A stretch of 64,000 nt of DNA from Cyanobacteriota bacterium (GCA_046052125.1 JBJOMY010000002.1:32001-96000); one strand, 5' to 3'; shown: positions 1-10,360, counted from the first letter of the stretch. The notes: generated by a model not told the origin, from the letters alone. Program-made: numbers and translations.

Positions 1-1384
1 TCGTGATCCGGTTCTGGCTGAGGTCGGCGTATTTCACGGCGGCCAGTCCCACCGTGGTGGCCACGTGCTGAATGAAGGCCTCGTCTTCACTGCGGCCCTC
101 CTCCTCCAGGCGGCCGCGTAGATCGGCTTCGGCGCGCTCCACCGCTTCATCGAGCAGATCGCGCAGGCGCACGGTGTCGCCAGCACGGGTCTTGAGCTTC
201 TTGCCGTCTTCCCCCTGCACCAGGCCGAAGGGCACATGCTCCAGCCGCCCATCCTCCGGCACCCATCCGGCCCGGCGAGCCACCTGGAACACCCCAGCGA
301 AGTGGTTGGCCTGGCCAGCGTCAGTCACGTAGATCACGCGGCGGGCGCCATCGCCATCGGGGGCTGCTCCGAAGCGATAGCGGATCGCAGCCAGATCAGT
401 GGTGGCGTAGTTGAAGCCGCCATCACTCTTCTGCACGATCACCGGCAGGGGCTTGCCGTCCTTACCGCTCACCCCTTCGAGAAACACGCAGCGGGCGCCG
501 TCGTCCACCACCAACAGGCCAGCGGCGTCGAGGTCGGCAACGACGCTCTCCAGGTAGGGGTTGTAGAAGGATTCGCCGCGCTCGTTGAGGCGAATGTCGA
601 GCCGGTCGTAGATCTTCTGGAATTCACGGCGGCTCTGATCACAGAGCAGGCCCCAGGCCTTGAGCGACACCGGATCGCCGCCTTGGAGCTTCACCACCTC
701 TTCGCGGGAGGTGGTCTGGAAGGCCTCGTCGTCGTCGAAGCGCTGCTTGGCCTGGCGGTAGAAGGCCACCAGGTCGCCCAGATCCACCGCATCGGCGGTG
801 TTGAGCGCTTCGGGCGCTTCCTCCTTCAAGTGGGTGATCAGCATCCCGAACTGGGTGCCCCAATCGCCCACGTGGTTAAGGCGCAGCACCGGATGGCCGC
901 GGAACTCGAGCACCCGCGCCAGGGAGTCGCCAATGATCGTGGAGCGCAGGTGCCCCACATGCATTTCCTTGGCGATGTTGGGGCTGGAGAAATCCACCAC
1001 CACTGGCGCCCCCTGATCCACACCTGGCACCCCAAGGCGCTGATCACCGAGGCGGGTCTGCACCTCCGCGGCCAGCAGCTCAGGCCTGAGGGTGAGGTTG
1101 ATGAAGCCAGGGCCGGCGATCTGGGGCTCCAGGCAGAGCTCGTTAAACCCTGGATCTGCCTTGAGCTGCTCCACGATGGCCGTGGCGATTGCCCGCGGCG
1201 GCTGGCCCAGGGGCTTGGCCAGGGGGAGGGCGCCATTGGCCTGAAAGTCGCCGAACTCCGGCTTGCTAGCGGGGGCTAACTGCGGATCAAAACCCGAGCC
1301 AGCCGCCTCAGCTGCAGCATCGGGGAAGGCACGCTGCATGGCCGAGCGCAGCTGGGCTTCGAGGGTCTCAGCGATGCGCAGCAT
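1..1384 (-). CDS. argS: Arginine--tRNA ligase (3' end runs off the window)
   Basis: Minus-strand translation from ATG at 1384: [20 protein letters not shown]...[17 protein letters not shown]...[18 protein letters not shown] (HIGH-like motif)...KKLKTRAGD. Confidence 0.96.
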   Translation of the reverse strand, partial: MLRIAETLEAQLRSAMQRAFPDAAAEAAGSGFDPQLAPASKPEFGDFQANGALPLAKPLGQPPRAIATAIVEQLKADPGFNELCLEPQIAGPGFINLTLRPELLAAEVQTRLGDQRLGVPGVDQGAPVVVDFSSPNIAKEMHVGHLRSTIIGDSLARVLEFRGHPVLRLNHVGDWGTQFGMLITHLKEEAPEALNTADAVDLGDLVAFYRQAKQRFDDDEAFQTTSREEVVKLQGGDPVSLKAWGLLCDQSRREFQKIYDRLDIRLNERGESFYNPYLESVVADLDAAGLLVVDDGARCVFLEGVSGKDGKPLPVIVQKSDGGFNYATTDLAAIRYRFGAAPDGDGARRVIYVTDAGQANHFAGVFQVARRAGWVPEDGRLEHVPFGLVQGEDGKKLKTRAGDTVRLRDLLDEAVERAEADLRGRLEEEGRSEDEAFIQHVATTVGLAAVKYADLSQNRIT

Positions 1385-1444
1385 GGACTTCAGAAACCGC
1401 TCTGGCGGCATGTCTGCTTCTGATCATCCCTCCCAGCCTTGAGC

Positions 1445-2296
1445 TCAGCCCTCGAAGCGCATACTCAGATCCAGCCAGCTGCTACGTGTGATCGGAGCAC
1501 TGGTGGAGATCAGATCAATACCGGTGGCGGCATAGGCGCGCAGCTGATCGGGCTGCACACCAGATGCCTCCAGCACCACTGAGCGCGGGGCCAGCTGGCG
1601 TAATTGCGGCACCAGCTCTGCCAGAGCCTCCGGGCTGAACTCATCGAGCAACACCCCATCCGCCCCAGCCAGCACCGCTTCTTGGGCCTGTTCGGGTGTT
1701 TCAGCTTCCACAATCACCTGCGCCGGCCAGGGAGCGGCGGCCCGCACGGCTGTGAGGGCCTGGCTGATGCCACCGGCCCAGGCCAGGTGGTTCTCCTTGA
1801 GCATGGCTGCGTCATCAAGGCCGAGGCGATGGTTCACGCCACCGCCGCAGCGCACCGCGTATTTCTCCAGCACCCGCAGACCGGGGGTGGTTTTGCGGGT
1901 ATCCGCCAGACGAACGCCCGTGCCCTGCAGCTGGTCCGCCAATGCCGCCGTGGCCGTGGCAATGCCGCTGAGCCGCATAGCGAGATTCAAGGCTGTGCGC
2001 TCCACCGCCGCCAACGCCTGGGCCTGACCCTCCAGCTCCAGCAGCCGTTGACCGCAGCCCACCAGCTCCCCCTCCGCCACGAGCAACCGCACCTGCGCCT
2101 GGGGATCGAGGCTCTGGAGCAGCGGTTCCAGCAGCACCCCGCCGCAGAACACGCCCTCGGCCTTGCTGATCCAGTGGGCCCTGGCATGGGTGCCTTGCAG
2201 GGCGGGGGCCGTGAGATCACCGCGGCCGATGTCCTCCATCAGCCAGGCCTGCAGCTGAGCGCGCAGTTGCGGCGTGATCACCAGCGGAGCTGCCAT
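1445..2296 (-). CDS. nadC: Nicotinate-nucleotide diphosphorylase (quinolinate phosphoribosyltransferase)
   Basis: EDIGRGDLT, DTRKTTPGLR, NHRLGLDDAAMLKENH motifs; likely start MAAPLV at 2296. Confidence 0.95.
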   Translation of the reverse strand: MAAPLVITPQLRAQLQAWLMEDIGRGDLTAPALQGTHARAHWISKAEGVFCGGVLLEPLLQSLDPQAQVRLLVAEGELVGCGQRLLELEGQAQALAAVERTALNLAMRLSGIATATAALADQLQGTGVRLADTRKTTPGLRVLEKYAVRCGGGVNHRLGLDDAAMLKENHLAWAGGISQALTAVRAAAPWPAQVIVEAETPEQAQEAVLAGADGVLLDEFSPEALAELVPQLRQLAPRSVVLEASGVQPDQLRAYAATGIDLISTSAPITRSSWLDLSMRFEG

Positions 2297-2359
2297 CCAA
2301 TCCACCAGCCAACGCCCCCTCATTGTGTGGGGCAGGCCGGGGCCCATTCAGGCCAGGGT

Positions 2360-3745
2360 CTACTTGCCGATGCAGAAGCGAGAGAACACGCGATCGAGCA
2401 CCGCTTCGCTCACCTCCTCACCGGTGATCTCCCCCAGGGCGCGCACGGCTGCCCGCAGATCAATGGTCCAGAAATCCCATGGCAGCTCTTGCCGTGCAGC
2501 CTCCAGGCTGGCGCCCAAGCTCGCAGCCGCAGCTGCCGCCAGATCCTGCTGGCGGCGATTGAGCGCCAGCTGCACCCCATGGGGATCACTGTGGCCGCAG
2601 CGACTCAGCAACTGCTGCACCAGATCGTCCTGCCCCGCTCCAGTGAGGGCGCTGATGCAGACATCCGCCTGAGCACTCGGCTCATTGGCGCGGGCTAAGC
2701 AATCGGCTTTGTTGCCCACCACCACCAGCGGCACCGCCTCGGGCACCAGATCGCGCAGGGCCTGATCCTCCGCACACCACCCCGCCGAGAGGTCAAACAG
2801 CAGCAGCACCGCATCGGCGGCCTGCAAGGCGGCGCGACTGCGCTCAATGCCGATCTGCTCCACCCGATCGCTGGTGGTGCGGATGCCGGCGGTATCAAGC
2901 AGCGTGATCGGCACGCCCTGGAGCACCAGCTCGCTTTCCACCAGATCGCGGGTAGTGCCGGGCAGATCGGTCACGATGGCGCGCTCACTGCGGCTGAGCA
3001 GGTTGAGCAGGCTGGATTTGCCCACATTGGGGCGGCCCACGATCGCCACCTTGAGGCCTTCACGCAGCAGCTGACCGCGCTGGCCATCAGCCACGAGCTG
3101 CTCGAGTGCAGCCTGAACATCCTTCAGCTGGTGCGCCACAGCGGGCCCATCGAGGGGCGGCAGATCCTCTTCAAAGTCCACCCGCGCTTCCAGCTCCGCC
3201 AACTGATCGAGCAGGCGCTCGCGCAGGGATGCGATGCGCGCCTGCAAACCACCATCCAGGCCTGCCATCGCCAGCTGCGCGGCACGGCGGCTGCGGGCGG
3301 CGACCAGTTCGCTGATCGCTTCGGCACGGGTGAGATCGAGCCGTCCGTTCAAAAACGCCCGCTGGCTGAATTCGCCGGGCAGAGCACGGCGGGCGCCGCT
3401 TGCAAGCACCAACTCGAGCACCCGCTGCACGCAAATCAGGCCGCCGTGGCAGTGGAGCTCCACCACGGTTTCGCGGGTGAAGCTCCGGGGCGCTCGCATC
3501 AACAGCAGCAACGCTTCATCCACCCGCTCGCCGCTGGCGGGATTGCACACATGGCCGTAGAGCACCCGGTGGCTCTCCCAGGACTGCTCACCAGGTGCCA
3601 CAAACAAGCGGCGGCCAATCGCCTCGGCCTCGGGACCGGAGATCCGCACGATCGCCACGCTGCCCTCGCCGGGGGCAATGGCCGTGGCAACCGCAGCGAT
3701 GGTGTCGTCCGGCAAGGCGGGAGGCGGGGATGCCTCCAGTGTCAC
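2360..3745 (-). CDS. mnmE: tRNA modification GTPase MnmE/TrmE
   Basis: DTIAAVAT, GRPNVGKSS, PGTTRD, DTAG, NKAD, C-terminal FCIGK. Confidence 0.97.
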   Translation of the reverse strand: MTLEASPPPALPDDTIAAVATAIAPGEGSVAIVRISGPEAEAIGRRLFVAPGEQSWESHRVLYGHVCNPASGERVDEALLLLMRAPRSFTRETVVELHCHGGLICVQRVLELVLASGARRALPGEFSQRAFLNGRLDLTRAEAISELVAARSRRAAQLAMAGLDGGLQARIASLRERLLDQLAELEARVDFEEDLPPLDGPAVAHQLKDVQAALEQLVADGQRGQLLREGLKVAIVGRPNVGKSSLLNLLSRSERAIVTDLPGTTRDLVESELVLQGVPITLLDTAGIRTTSDRVEQIGIERSRAALQAADAVLLLFDLSAGWCAEDQALRDLVPEAVPLVVVGNKADCLARANEPSAQADVCISALTGAGQDDLVQQLLSRCGHSDPHGVQLALNRRQQDLAAAAAASLGASLEAARQELPWDFWTIDLRAAVRALGEITGEEVSEAVLDRVFSRFCIGK

Positions 3746-3752
3746 CCGCGGC

Positions 3753-3941
3753 TCAAGACTCCGGGAAGCCGGGGCAGACCATCAGATCGATATGACCTCC
3801 GCTGGGATGGCGCCACTCCCGAAACTCTTCGGCAAGGGCCCTGTGGTTTTGGATCTGTTGCTCGTGCTCGAGCGAGATCAACCGTTGATGCACCAGATCA
3901 AGGGTGTCGTCGATCAGTTGAGCGGCCTGTTCAGAAGTCAT
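3753..3941 (-). CDS. Small hypothetical protein (~62 aa)
   Basis: ORF MTSEQAAQLIDDTLDLVHQRL... fills the gap between relA and mnmE on the same strand. Confidence 0.6.
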   Translation of the reverse strand: MTSEQAAQLIDDTLDLVHQRLISLEHEQQIQNHRALAEEFREWRHPSGGHIDLMVCPGFPES

Positions 3942-4054
3942 GGCAACGGCAGCAGGTTGCACCTGTCGTAGGCAGCCGAGCGCCGCGGAGCTGTAGTGCA
4001 CGCCACCGGCCGTGGTGTGTGTTGCCGGATCAGAACGCAAAGGAGCAGAGCCCG

Positions 4055-6397
4055 TCAGCCGATGCCGGTGCGGGCGATGTCGAGCACATCCGCCATCGAG
4101 CGGATCTGGTCCATGGTGTCGCGCAGCTGGTGGGCGCTCTGAAGCTCCACGCGCAGGTCGATGCGGGCGGGCTTGCCGGGGTTGGTGCGCACGCGGGCAT
4201 CACTCACGTTGATGCGGTGATCGGAGAGGCGGGTGAGGATGTCTTTGAGCACGCCAACGCGATCGAGCACTTCGATGCGGAGCTGCACGGGGTAGCGCCG
4301 GCGCAGGGCTTCGGCGGCATTGGGGCTCCATTGCACGGGCAGGCGCCGCTCCACCGGGACCGAGCGGAGATTGGAGCAGTCCTGGCGGTGAATGGTGATG
4401 CCGTGGTTGCCGAGGGCCACGGTGCCCACAATCGCTTCACCGGGCAGTGCGCTGCAGCAGCCGCCCATGCGGTATTCCAGGCCCTCCAACCCCAGGATCG
4501 GGCTGGCCTCACCGTGGGTGGCCAAGGAGGTGGCTGGTGCCGCGGAGGCCTGGGCCTCCACCTTGCGGGCCAGCTCCTCATTGCTGAGCTCCGGCTCCAC
4601 CTCAGCCGAAACGAGCCGCAGCTCCTCCCGCAGGCGATTGAGCACCTGATGCAGGGTGACCCCACCAAAACCGATCGCCGCCAGCAGGTCTTCGGTGGCC
4701 ACGAGGTTGCAACGCCGCGCCACCTTCGCCATCGCGTCGCCGTTGAGCAGGGCGTCAAAGCCATCGCGGCCGAGCTCCCGCTCGAGCATCGCTGTGCCGC
4801 GTTGGATGTTCTCCTCGCGGTGGCTCTTTTTGTACCACTGGCGGATGCGATTTCTGGCCGTGGGTGTAGCCACGAAGTTGAGCCAGTCGAGGCTGGGATG
4901 CGCCGCCTTGGAGGTCATCACCTGCACGAAGTCGCCGTTCTGCAGGGGCGTGGCCAGGGGACAGAGACGATCGTTAATCCGCACGCCCTGGCAGTGATTA
5001 CCAACTTCGGAGTGAATGCGATAGGCGAAATCCACAGCGGTTGAGCCCTTGCGCAGACCCACCACATCACCCTTGGGGGTGAACACGAACACCTCCTCAT
5101 CGAAGAGGTCTTCCTTGATCGAGCGAAGGAAATCGCTGCTGTCGTCGCCAACTCCATCTTTCTGCCAATCCACCAGCTGCCGCAGCCAGTTGAAGCGCTC
5201 GGCATCAGCGCCGGTGGCGGCCGGGGAGCCGCCCTCCTTGTATTTCCAGTGGGCGGCGATACCGAACTCCGCCACGCGATGCATTTCGCCGGTGCGGATC
5301 TGCACCTCGATCGGCCGATGCCGACCGATCACCGCCGTGTGCAGCGATTGGTAGCCGTTGGGCTTGGGCAGACCGATGTAGTCCTTGAAGCGGCCGGGGA
5401 TGGGCCGGAAGGTGTCGTGCACAACCGCCAGGGCCCGGTAGCAGCTCTCGAGATTCGGGCAGATGATCCGCAGGGCGGCCACGTCATAGATCTCGTGGAA
5501 CGCCTTCTGCTGACGCTGCATCTTGTTCCAGATGCCATAGAGGTGCTTCGGCCTGCCACTCACCTCACAGTCAGACAACCCCACCGCCGCCAAGCGATCG
5601 CGCAGAAGCTGAACGGTGACGCCGAGCCGCTCCTCGCGATCACTCCGCTTGCTCGCGACCTGCTGCTGCACATCGCGGAAGGCCTCGGGCTCGAGGATCT
5701 TGAAGGCCAGATCCTCCAGTTCCCACTTGAAGCGGCCGATGCCCAGGCGATTCGCGAGCGGCCCGTAGATCTCACGGGTTTCGCGGGCGATGCGCTGCTG
5801 CTTTTCGGGTTTGAGCGCCCCGAGCGTGCGCATGTTGTGGAGCCGGTCCGCCAGCTTCACCAGCACCACCCGGATGTCGCTGGCCATGGCCAGGAACATG
5901 CGCCGCAGGTTCTCCGCCTGGGCCTCGGTTTTGTTGGTGAAGTGGATGCCGCCGAGCTTGGTCACGCCCTCCACCAGCCCGCGCACCTCAGCGCCGAAAT
6001 GCTGCTCGATCTCCTCAGGGGTGACGTCGGTGTCTTCCACCACGTCGTGGAGGAAACCAGCGGCGATCACCCCTGCGCTGGCGCCGATGTCGCGCAGGAG
6101 ATCCGCCACTGCCACGGGATGACAGATGTAGGGCTCGCCACTGGCCCGCACCTGGCCGTCATGCAGCTGAAAGGCGAAATGGAACGCCGCCGCCAGCAGA
6201 CCCTCCGCATCGGTAGGGCAACTGTCGCCCGCCCCCGGGGGCACATGTTCGATGCAACGGCACAACCAGTCCGGAAGGGCGATGCCGTAATCCGCCGGGC
6301 CATGGATGCTGCGCAAACCCAAGGCCGGAGGCGCACCAGCACACACAGGCTCCTCGGGAGCAACTGCTGCAGCTGTGCCGGTTACCGCCTGGAGCAT
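4055..6397 (-). CDS. spoT: Bifunctional (p)ppGpp synthase/hydrolase, RelA/SpoT family
   Basis: HD domain (SGEPYICHP, LHDVVED, KLADRLHNMRTL), synthase (KPNGYQSLHT, EVQIRT), TGS (VFTPKG), C-terminal ACT; start MLQAV at 6397 is approximate. Confidence 0.95.
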   Translation of the reverse strand: MLQAVTGTAAAVAPEEPVCAGAPPALGLRSIHGPADYGIALPDWLCRCIEHVPPGAGDSCPTDAEGLLAAAFHFAFQLHDGQVRASGEPYICHPVAVADLLRDIGASAGVIAAGFLHDVVEDTDVTPEEIEQHFGAEVRGLVEGVTKLGGIHFTNKTEAQAENLRRMFLAMASDIRVVLVKLADRLHNMRTLGALKPEKQQRIARETREIYGPLANRLGIGRFKWELEDLAFKILEPEAFRDVQQQVASKRSDREERLGVTVQLLRDRLAAVGLSDCEVSGRPKHLYGIWNKMQRQQKAFHEIYDVAALRIICPNLESCYRALAVVHDTFRPIPGRFKDYIGLPKPNGYQSLHTAVIGRHRPIEVQIRTGEMHRVAEFGIAAHWKYKEGGSPAATGADAERFNWLRQLVDWQKDGVGDDSSDFLRSIKEDLFDEEVFVFTPKGDVVGLRKGSTAVDFAYRIHSEVGNHCQGVRINDRLCPLATPLQNGDFVQVMTSKAAHPSLDWLNFVATPTARNRIRQWYKKSHREENIQRGTAMLERELGRDGFDALLNGDAMAKVARRCNLVATEDLLAAIGFGGVTLHQVLNRLREELRLVSAEVEPELSNEELARKVEAQASAAPATSLATHGEASPILGLEGLEYRMGGCCSALPGEAIVGTVALGNHGITIHRQDCSNLRSVPVERRLPVQWSPNAAEALRRRYPVQLRIEVLDRVGVLKDILTRLSDHRINVSDARVRTNPGKPARIDLRVELQSAHQLRDTMDQIRSMADVLDIARTGIG

Positions 6398-6510
6398 GAC
6401 GCCCTGCCGATATTTCCATCGTATGCAGAGGGTGAAACAAACCGGCCCCAGGTTCGGGTTTGCAGGCGAAGTGGCTGCCAACCTGAGCGACAACAGCGCC
6501 GCCGCAATCC

Positions 6511-8142
6511 ATGGCCGCACGCCAGAGCTCCGGGCCGGTGCTGAAGCTCGATCAATTGCAGGTTCGCTACCCCGAGGCGAACAGCGACACCCTGGCCGGA
6601 CTAACGCTCACGCTGAACCCAGGAGAGCGACTGGCGCTGGTGGGCCCCTCCGGCTGCGGCAAGAGCACCGTGGCCCGGGCCGTGCTGCAGCTCCTTCCCC
6701 AGGGCAGCCTCTGCCAAGGGGGGCTGGAGTTGTGCGGCCAGGATCCGCGGGCGCTCCGGCGCGGGGCGCTGCGCAGGCTGCGGGGCGAAGCGGTGGGGCT
6801 GGTGTTTCAGGACCCGATGACCCGGCTCAATCCGCTGCTCACCATCGGAGAGCACCTGGCCGACACCCTGGCCCAGCACCGGCCGGCCTGGAAACGCCAC
6901 CAGGTGAGGCTGCGGGCGGAGATGCTGCTGGAGCGGGTGGGCATCCGCGCCGATCGCTACGGCAGCTACTCCCATGAATTCAGCGGTGGGATGCGCCAGC
7001 GGCTGGCGATCGCCCTGGCCATGGCCCTGGAACCGGCGCTGGTGATCGCCGACGAGCCCACCACGAGCCTCGATGTGGCGGTAGCGGGGCAGGTGATGGA
7101 AGAACTTTGCCGGCTGTGCGAGGAAGCGGGCAGCGCCCTGCTGCTGATCAGCCACGACCTGGCCATGGCCGGGCGCTGGTGCCAGCAGATCGGCGTGCTC
7201 GATCAGGGAAGGCTGGTGGAGCAGGCTCCGGCCACGGAGCTGCTCACGGCACCGCGATCCGCCCTGGCCCAACGGCTGGTGGGAGCAGCCCGCAGCCGCG
7301 AAGGCAGCCGCACGCCCGAAGCCCCAGCCGCAGCGCCTCTGCTGCTCGAACTGGAGGATCTGCGCTGCTGGCACCCCTTGCCAGGGCTGCCCTGGCAGCG
7401 CAACTGGTACCGGGCCGTGGACGGGGTGAGCCTGCAGTTGCGGCAAGGCGAAACCGTTGGGGTGGTAGGCGCTTCCGGCTGCGGCAAGAGCACCCTCTGC
7501 CGGGCCCTGATGGGGCTGGCGCCGGTGCGGGGAGGCACGGTGCGGCTGCAGGGGCAGGATCTGCGACGCCTGAGGGGCCAAGCCCTACGGCGCGCACGGC
7601 GGCGCATTCAGATGGTGTTTCAGGACCCACTGGCCTGCCTGAACCCAGTGATGACCGTGGCTGAAGCGATCGCCGATCCGCTCTTGATCCATGGACTGAG
7701 CAGCCGCAGCCAGGCGATGGAGCGGGCCCGCGAGCTACTGGCCGCCGTGGGGCTGAACCCGCCGGAGGCCTATGCACAGCGGCTACCCCGCCAACTCTCA
7801 GGCGGACAGCAACAGCGGGTGGCCATCGCCCGCGCCCTGGTGCTCGACCCACAGGTGCTGCTCTGCGACGAGAGCGTGAGCATGCTCGATGCGGAAATCC
7901 AGGCGGAGGTGCTGGAGTTGCTGAGGGAGCTGCAGCAACGGCTGGGCCTGGGCCTGGTGTTCGTGACCCACGACCTCTCGGTGGCCAGCGGCTTCTGCCA
8001 GCGCGTGATCGTGGTCGATGGAGGACGGATCGTGGAGGAGGGCCCCGGCGATCAGCTGCTGGAGCATCCGCAAGCTGCGATCACGCGCACGCTGGTGGAA
8101 GCCTGTCCTCGCCTGCCTCAGCCGGCCAGCTCCCACCACTGA
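6511..8142 (+). CDS. Fused double ABC ATPase, dipeptide/oligopeptide family
   Basis: Two Walker A motifs (GPSGCGKST, GASGCGKST), FSGGMRQR and LSGGQQQR signatures, IADEPTT. Confidence 0.92.
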   Translation: MAARQSSGPVLKLDQLQVRYPEANSDTLAGLTLTLNPGERLALVGPSGCGKSTVARAVLQLLPQGSLCQGGLELCGQDPRALRRGALRRLRGEAVGLVFQDPMTRLNPLLTIGEHLADTLAQHRPAWKRHQVRLRAEMLLERVGIRADRYGSYSHEFSGGMRQRLAIALAMALEPALVIADEPTTSLDVAVAGQVMEELCRLCEEAGSALLLISHDLAMAGRWCQQIGVLDQGRLVEQAPATELLTAPRSALAQRLVGAARSREGSRTPEAPAAAPLLLELEDLRCWHPLPGLPWQRNWYRAVDGVSLQLRQGETVGVVGASGCGKSTLCRALMGLAPVRGGTVRLQGQDLRRLRGQALRRARRRIQMVFQDPLACLNPVMTVAEAIADPLLIHGLSSRSQAMERARELLAAVGLNPPEAYAQRLPRQLSGGQQQRVAIARALVLDPQVLLCDESVSMLDAEIQAEVLELLRELQQRLGLGLVFVTHDLSVASGFCQRVIVVDGGRIVEEGPGDQLLEHPQAAITRTLVEACPRLPQPASSHH

Positions 8143-8351
8143 GGCTTCATGAAGTAGTCCTCGTCCTCGTAGTCCACCAGGGCGCCATCGGCGTGCTTCA
8201 CCAGGTCGCTGGGGCGCACCTCAAAACCGGCCTGACGGGCAATCGCAGCCACTTCATCCGCATCGGCCGCCGCCGCGGTGGAGAGCTCCTGCTGCAGAGC
8301 CGGATCCTGGCGGACAGCGGTGATGAAGGCGTGGAGTGCCTGCTCGGCCAT
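8118..8351 (-). CDS. Nif11-like leader-peptide domain protein (in frame with upstream rluD)
   Basis: MAEQALHAFITAVRQDPALQQEL...EVAAIARQAGF matches the Nif11 leader pattern; GAGG lies just upstream of the ATG at 8351. Confidence 0.75.
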   Translation of the reverse strand: MAEQALHAFITAVRQDPALQQELSTAAAADADEVAAIARQAGFEVRPSDLVKHADGALVDYEDEDYFMKPQWWELAG

Positions 8352-9332
8352 GGATAAGGCCTCTGGAGGGAACGTGGAACCAGTCTGATGGCGGCGGCGC
8401 AACAGGGCCAGCAGCTTCTCGAACACAGGCGGCAGCGGTGCCTCAAAGAGCATCCGCTCGCGATGAATCGGATGGTCGAGCCCCAGTTGAAAGGCATGCA
8501 AAGCCTGGCCGGGCAGGGCCAGCGGCAGCTTGCGGCAGCGGGAATACACCGGATCGCCCACGATCGGATGGCCGATATGGGCGCAGTGCACGCGGATCTG
8601 GTGCGTGCGGCCGGTGTCGAGCTTGAAGCGCATCAGGGAGTAATCGCCAAAGCGCTCCAGCAGGGTCCAGTGGGTGCAGGCATGGCGGCCGCTGTCGTCA
8701 TGCACCACGGCGTATTTCTTGCGATCGGCGGGATGGCGGCCGATGGCGCCCACGATCGTGCCGTGCTCGGCGGCGGGCACGCCGTGCACCACCGCCAGGT
8801 ATTCGCGTGAGGCGATGCGCTTCTGGATCTGCACCTGCAGCTTCACCAGCGCTTCCTGGCTTTTGGCCACCACAATGCAGCCGGTGGTGTCTTTATCGAG
8901 GCGGTGCACGATGCCGGGCCGCAACTTGCCGCTGATCCCAGGCAGATCCGGGCAGTGGTGCAGGAGCCCATTCACCAGGGTGCCGTCTTTATTGCCGGGG
9001 GCCGGATGCACCGTGAGACCAGCCGGCTTGTTGAGCACGATCAAGTGCTCGTCTTCAAACAGCACATCCAGGGGGATCTCCTGGGGCATCAGGTAAGGCA
9101 GCGGCTCCGGCGGCGGCATCCAGACCTCCACCGTGTCGCTCTGGCGCAGGGGGGTTTTGGCCTTGCCCGTGACGCCATTCACCCGCACGTAGCCAGCATC
9201 GATGAACTTCTGGATGCGGGCGCGGCTCTGCTCGGGGCGCTGAGCCACGAGCCAGCGGTCGAGCCGCATCGGCAGCGGCTTGGGGTAGGTGAGGGTGACG
9301 AGCTCGCCCTCGCCTTCGCCGAATCCGCTCAC
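8118..9332 (-). CDS. rluD: RluA/RluD-family pseudouridine synthase, reading through into the Nif11-like domain
   Basis: S4 domain (RLDRWL...SRARIQKFI), NKPAGLTVHP, HRLDKDTTG, TGRTHQIRVH. Confidence 0.93.
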   Translation of the reverse strand: MSGFGEGEGELVTLTYPKPLPMRLDRWLVAQRPEQSRARIQKFIDAGYVRVNGVTGKAKTPLRQSDTVEVWMPPPEPLPYLMPQEIPLDVLFEDEHLIVLNKPAGLTVHPAPGNKDGTLVNGLLHHCPDLPGISGKLRPGIVHRLDKDTTGCIVVAKSQEALVKLQVQIQKRIASREYLAVVHGVPAAEHGTIVGAIGRHPADRKKYAVVHDDSGRHACTHWTLLERFGDYSLMRFKLDTGRTHQIRVHCAHIGHPIVGDPVYSRCRKLPLALPGQALHAFQLGLDHPIHRERMLFEAPLPPVFEKLLALLRRRHQTGSTFPPEALSMAEQALHAFITAVRQDPALQQELSTAAAADADEVAAIARQAGFEVRPSDLVKHADGALVDYEDEDYFMKPQWWELAG

Positions 9333-10360
9333 GGCAGCTCCAGGGCCAGGGGCCCCAGCATGCCCCGCCGGAAATCATCGAGAAAGCGCTGGGCCATGCG
9401 GGCGGTGTCGCCACTGGTGTGGCGCTCTGCCGCGGCCCGCAACCAACCATCGGCATCCGGGCGCGGCGCAGCTGGCACACCGTCCAGCGAAGACGCGCCC
9501 GCAGACAACTGTCCAGGATTCTGCGCAGTCTGTACAGAATCCTGGACCGTTGCGATGGAGAGATCCGCAGCTGGTCCGCGCTCCAGAGCCAAGCCCTGAT
9601 CCGGACCTTGATCCAAGGCCTCAACCGGAACGCCATAGCGGCTCTCCAGCAAACCCGGCTTCACGCCAGAAGCCGCCACGCGTTCCAGCGCAGCCAGCAT
9701 CTGCACGAAGGCCATCGCCACCGCTTCGCCGTCGTAGGCCGCCTGACCGATGTCGTCGCAGAGGGCCAGGCGCAGTGCCGCCAGTTGGTCGTCGAGCCGC
9801 GGGGGCAGCACCCCCGGGGCATCGAGCAGATCAAGGTCCTGCCCCAAGCGCACCCAACGCAGGCTGCGGGTGACGCCGGCGCGGCGGGCGCTGTCCACTA
9901 CCTTCTGGCGCACCAAGCGGTTGATCAAGGCCGATTTGCCCACATTCGGAAAGCCGAGCATCAGGGCGCGCACCGGCCGGGGGCGCATGCCGCGGGAGCG
10001 GCGGCGTTCATTAAGAGCATCACCGGCGCGGATCGCCGCCTGTTGCAGCTGCTTCACGCCAGTGCCCGCCTTGGCATCGCTCCACCAGGGGGTCTGCCCC
10101 TGGCTGCGGAACCAGGCATCCCAGGCCTCTTGGGCGGCTTTCGGGATCATGTCGCGCCGATTAAGCACCAGCAGGTGCTGCTTGCCTGAAATCCAGCGCT
10201 GCAGGCGGGGGTGACCGGTGGCCGTGGGGATGCGCGCATCGCGCACCTCGATCACCAGGTCCACCTTGGCCAGGTTGTCGGTGAGCGAGCGCTCCGCCTT
10301 GGCGATATGGCCCGGATACCACTGGATCGCCGGGGCGGCGGAGCTCAGCAACTCACTCAC
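9329..10360 (-). CDS. ylqF: Ribosome biogenesis GTPase YlqF/RbgA with an apparent C-terminal insertion
   Basis: IQWYPGHIAKA, EVRDARIP, GFPNVGKSALIN, LLDAPG. Confidence 0.94.
   Translation of the reverse strand: MSELLSSAAPAIQWYPGHIAKAERSLTDNLAKVDLVIEVRDARIPTATGHPRLQRWISGKQHLLVLNRRDMIPKAAQEAWDAWFRSQGQTPWWSDAKAGTGVKQLQQAAIRAGDALNERRRSRGMRPRPVRALMLGFPNVGKSALINRLVRQKVVDSARRAGVTRSLRWVRLGQDLDLLDAPGVLPPRLDDQLAALRLALCDDIGQAAYDGEAVAMAFVQMLAALERVAASGVKPGLLESRYGVPVEALDQGPDQGLALERGPAADLSIATVQDSVQTAQNPGQLSAGASSLDGVPAAPRPDADGWLRAAAERHTSGDTARMAQRFLDDFRRGMLGPLALELP

Noticed and set aside
236..6544. Long + strand ORFs (e.g. 236-1279, 1604-2698, 3131-5044, 5249-6544)
   Set aside because: Antisense shadows of argS, nadC, mnmE and spoT, expected from high-GC codon bias; no recognisable motifs.
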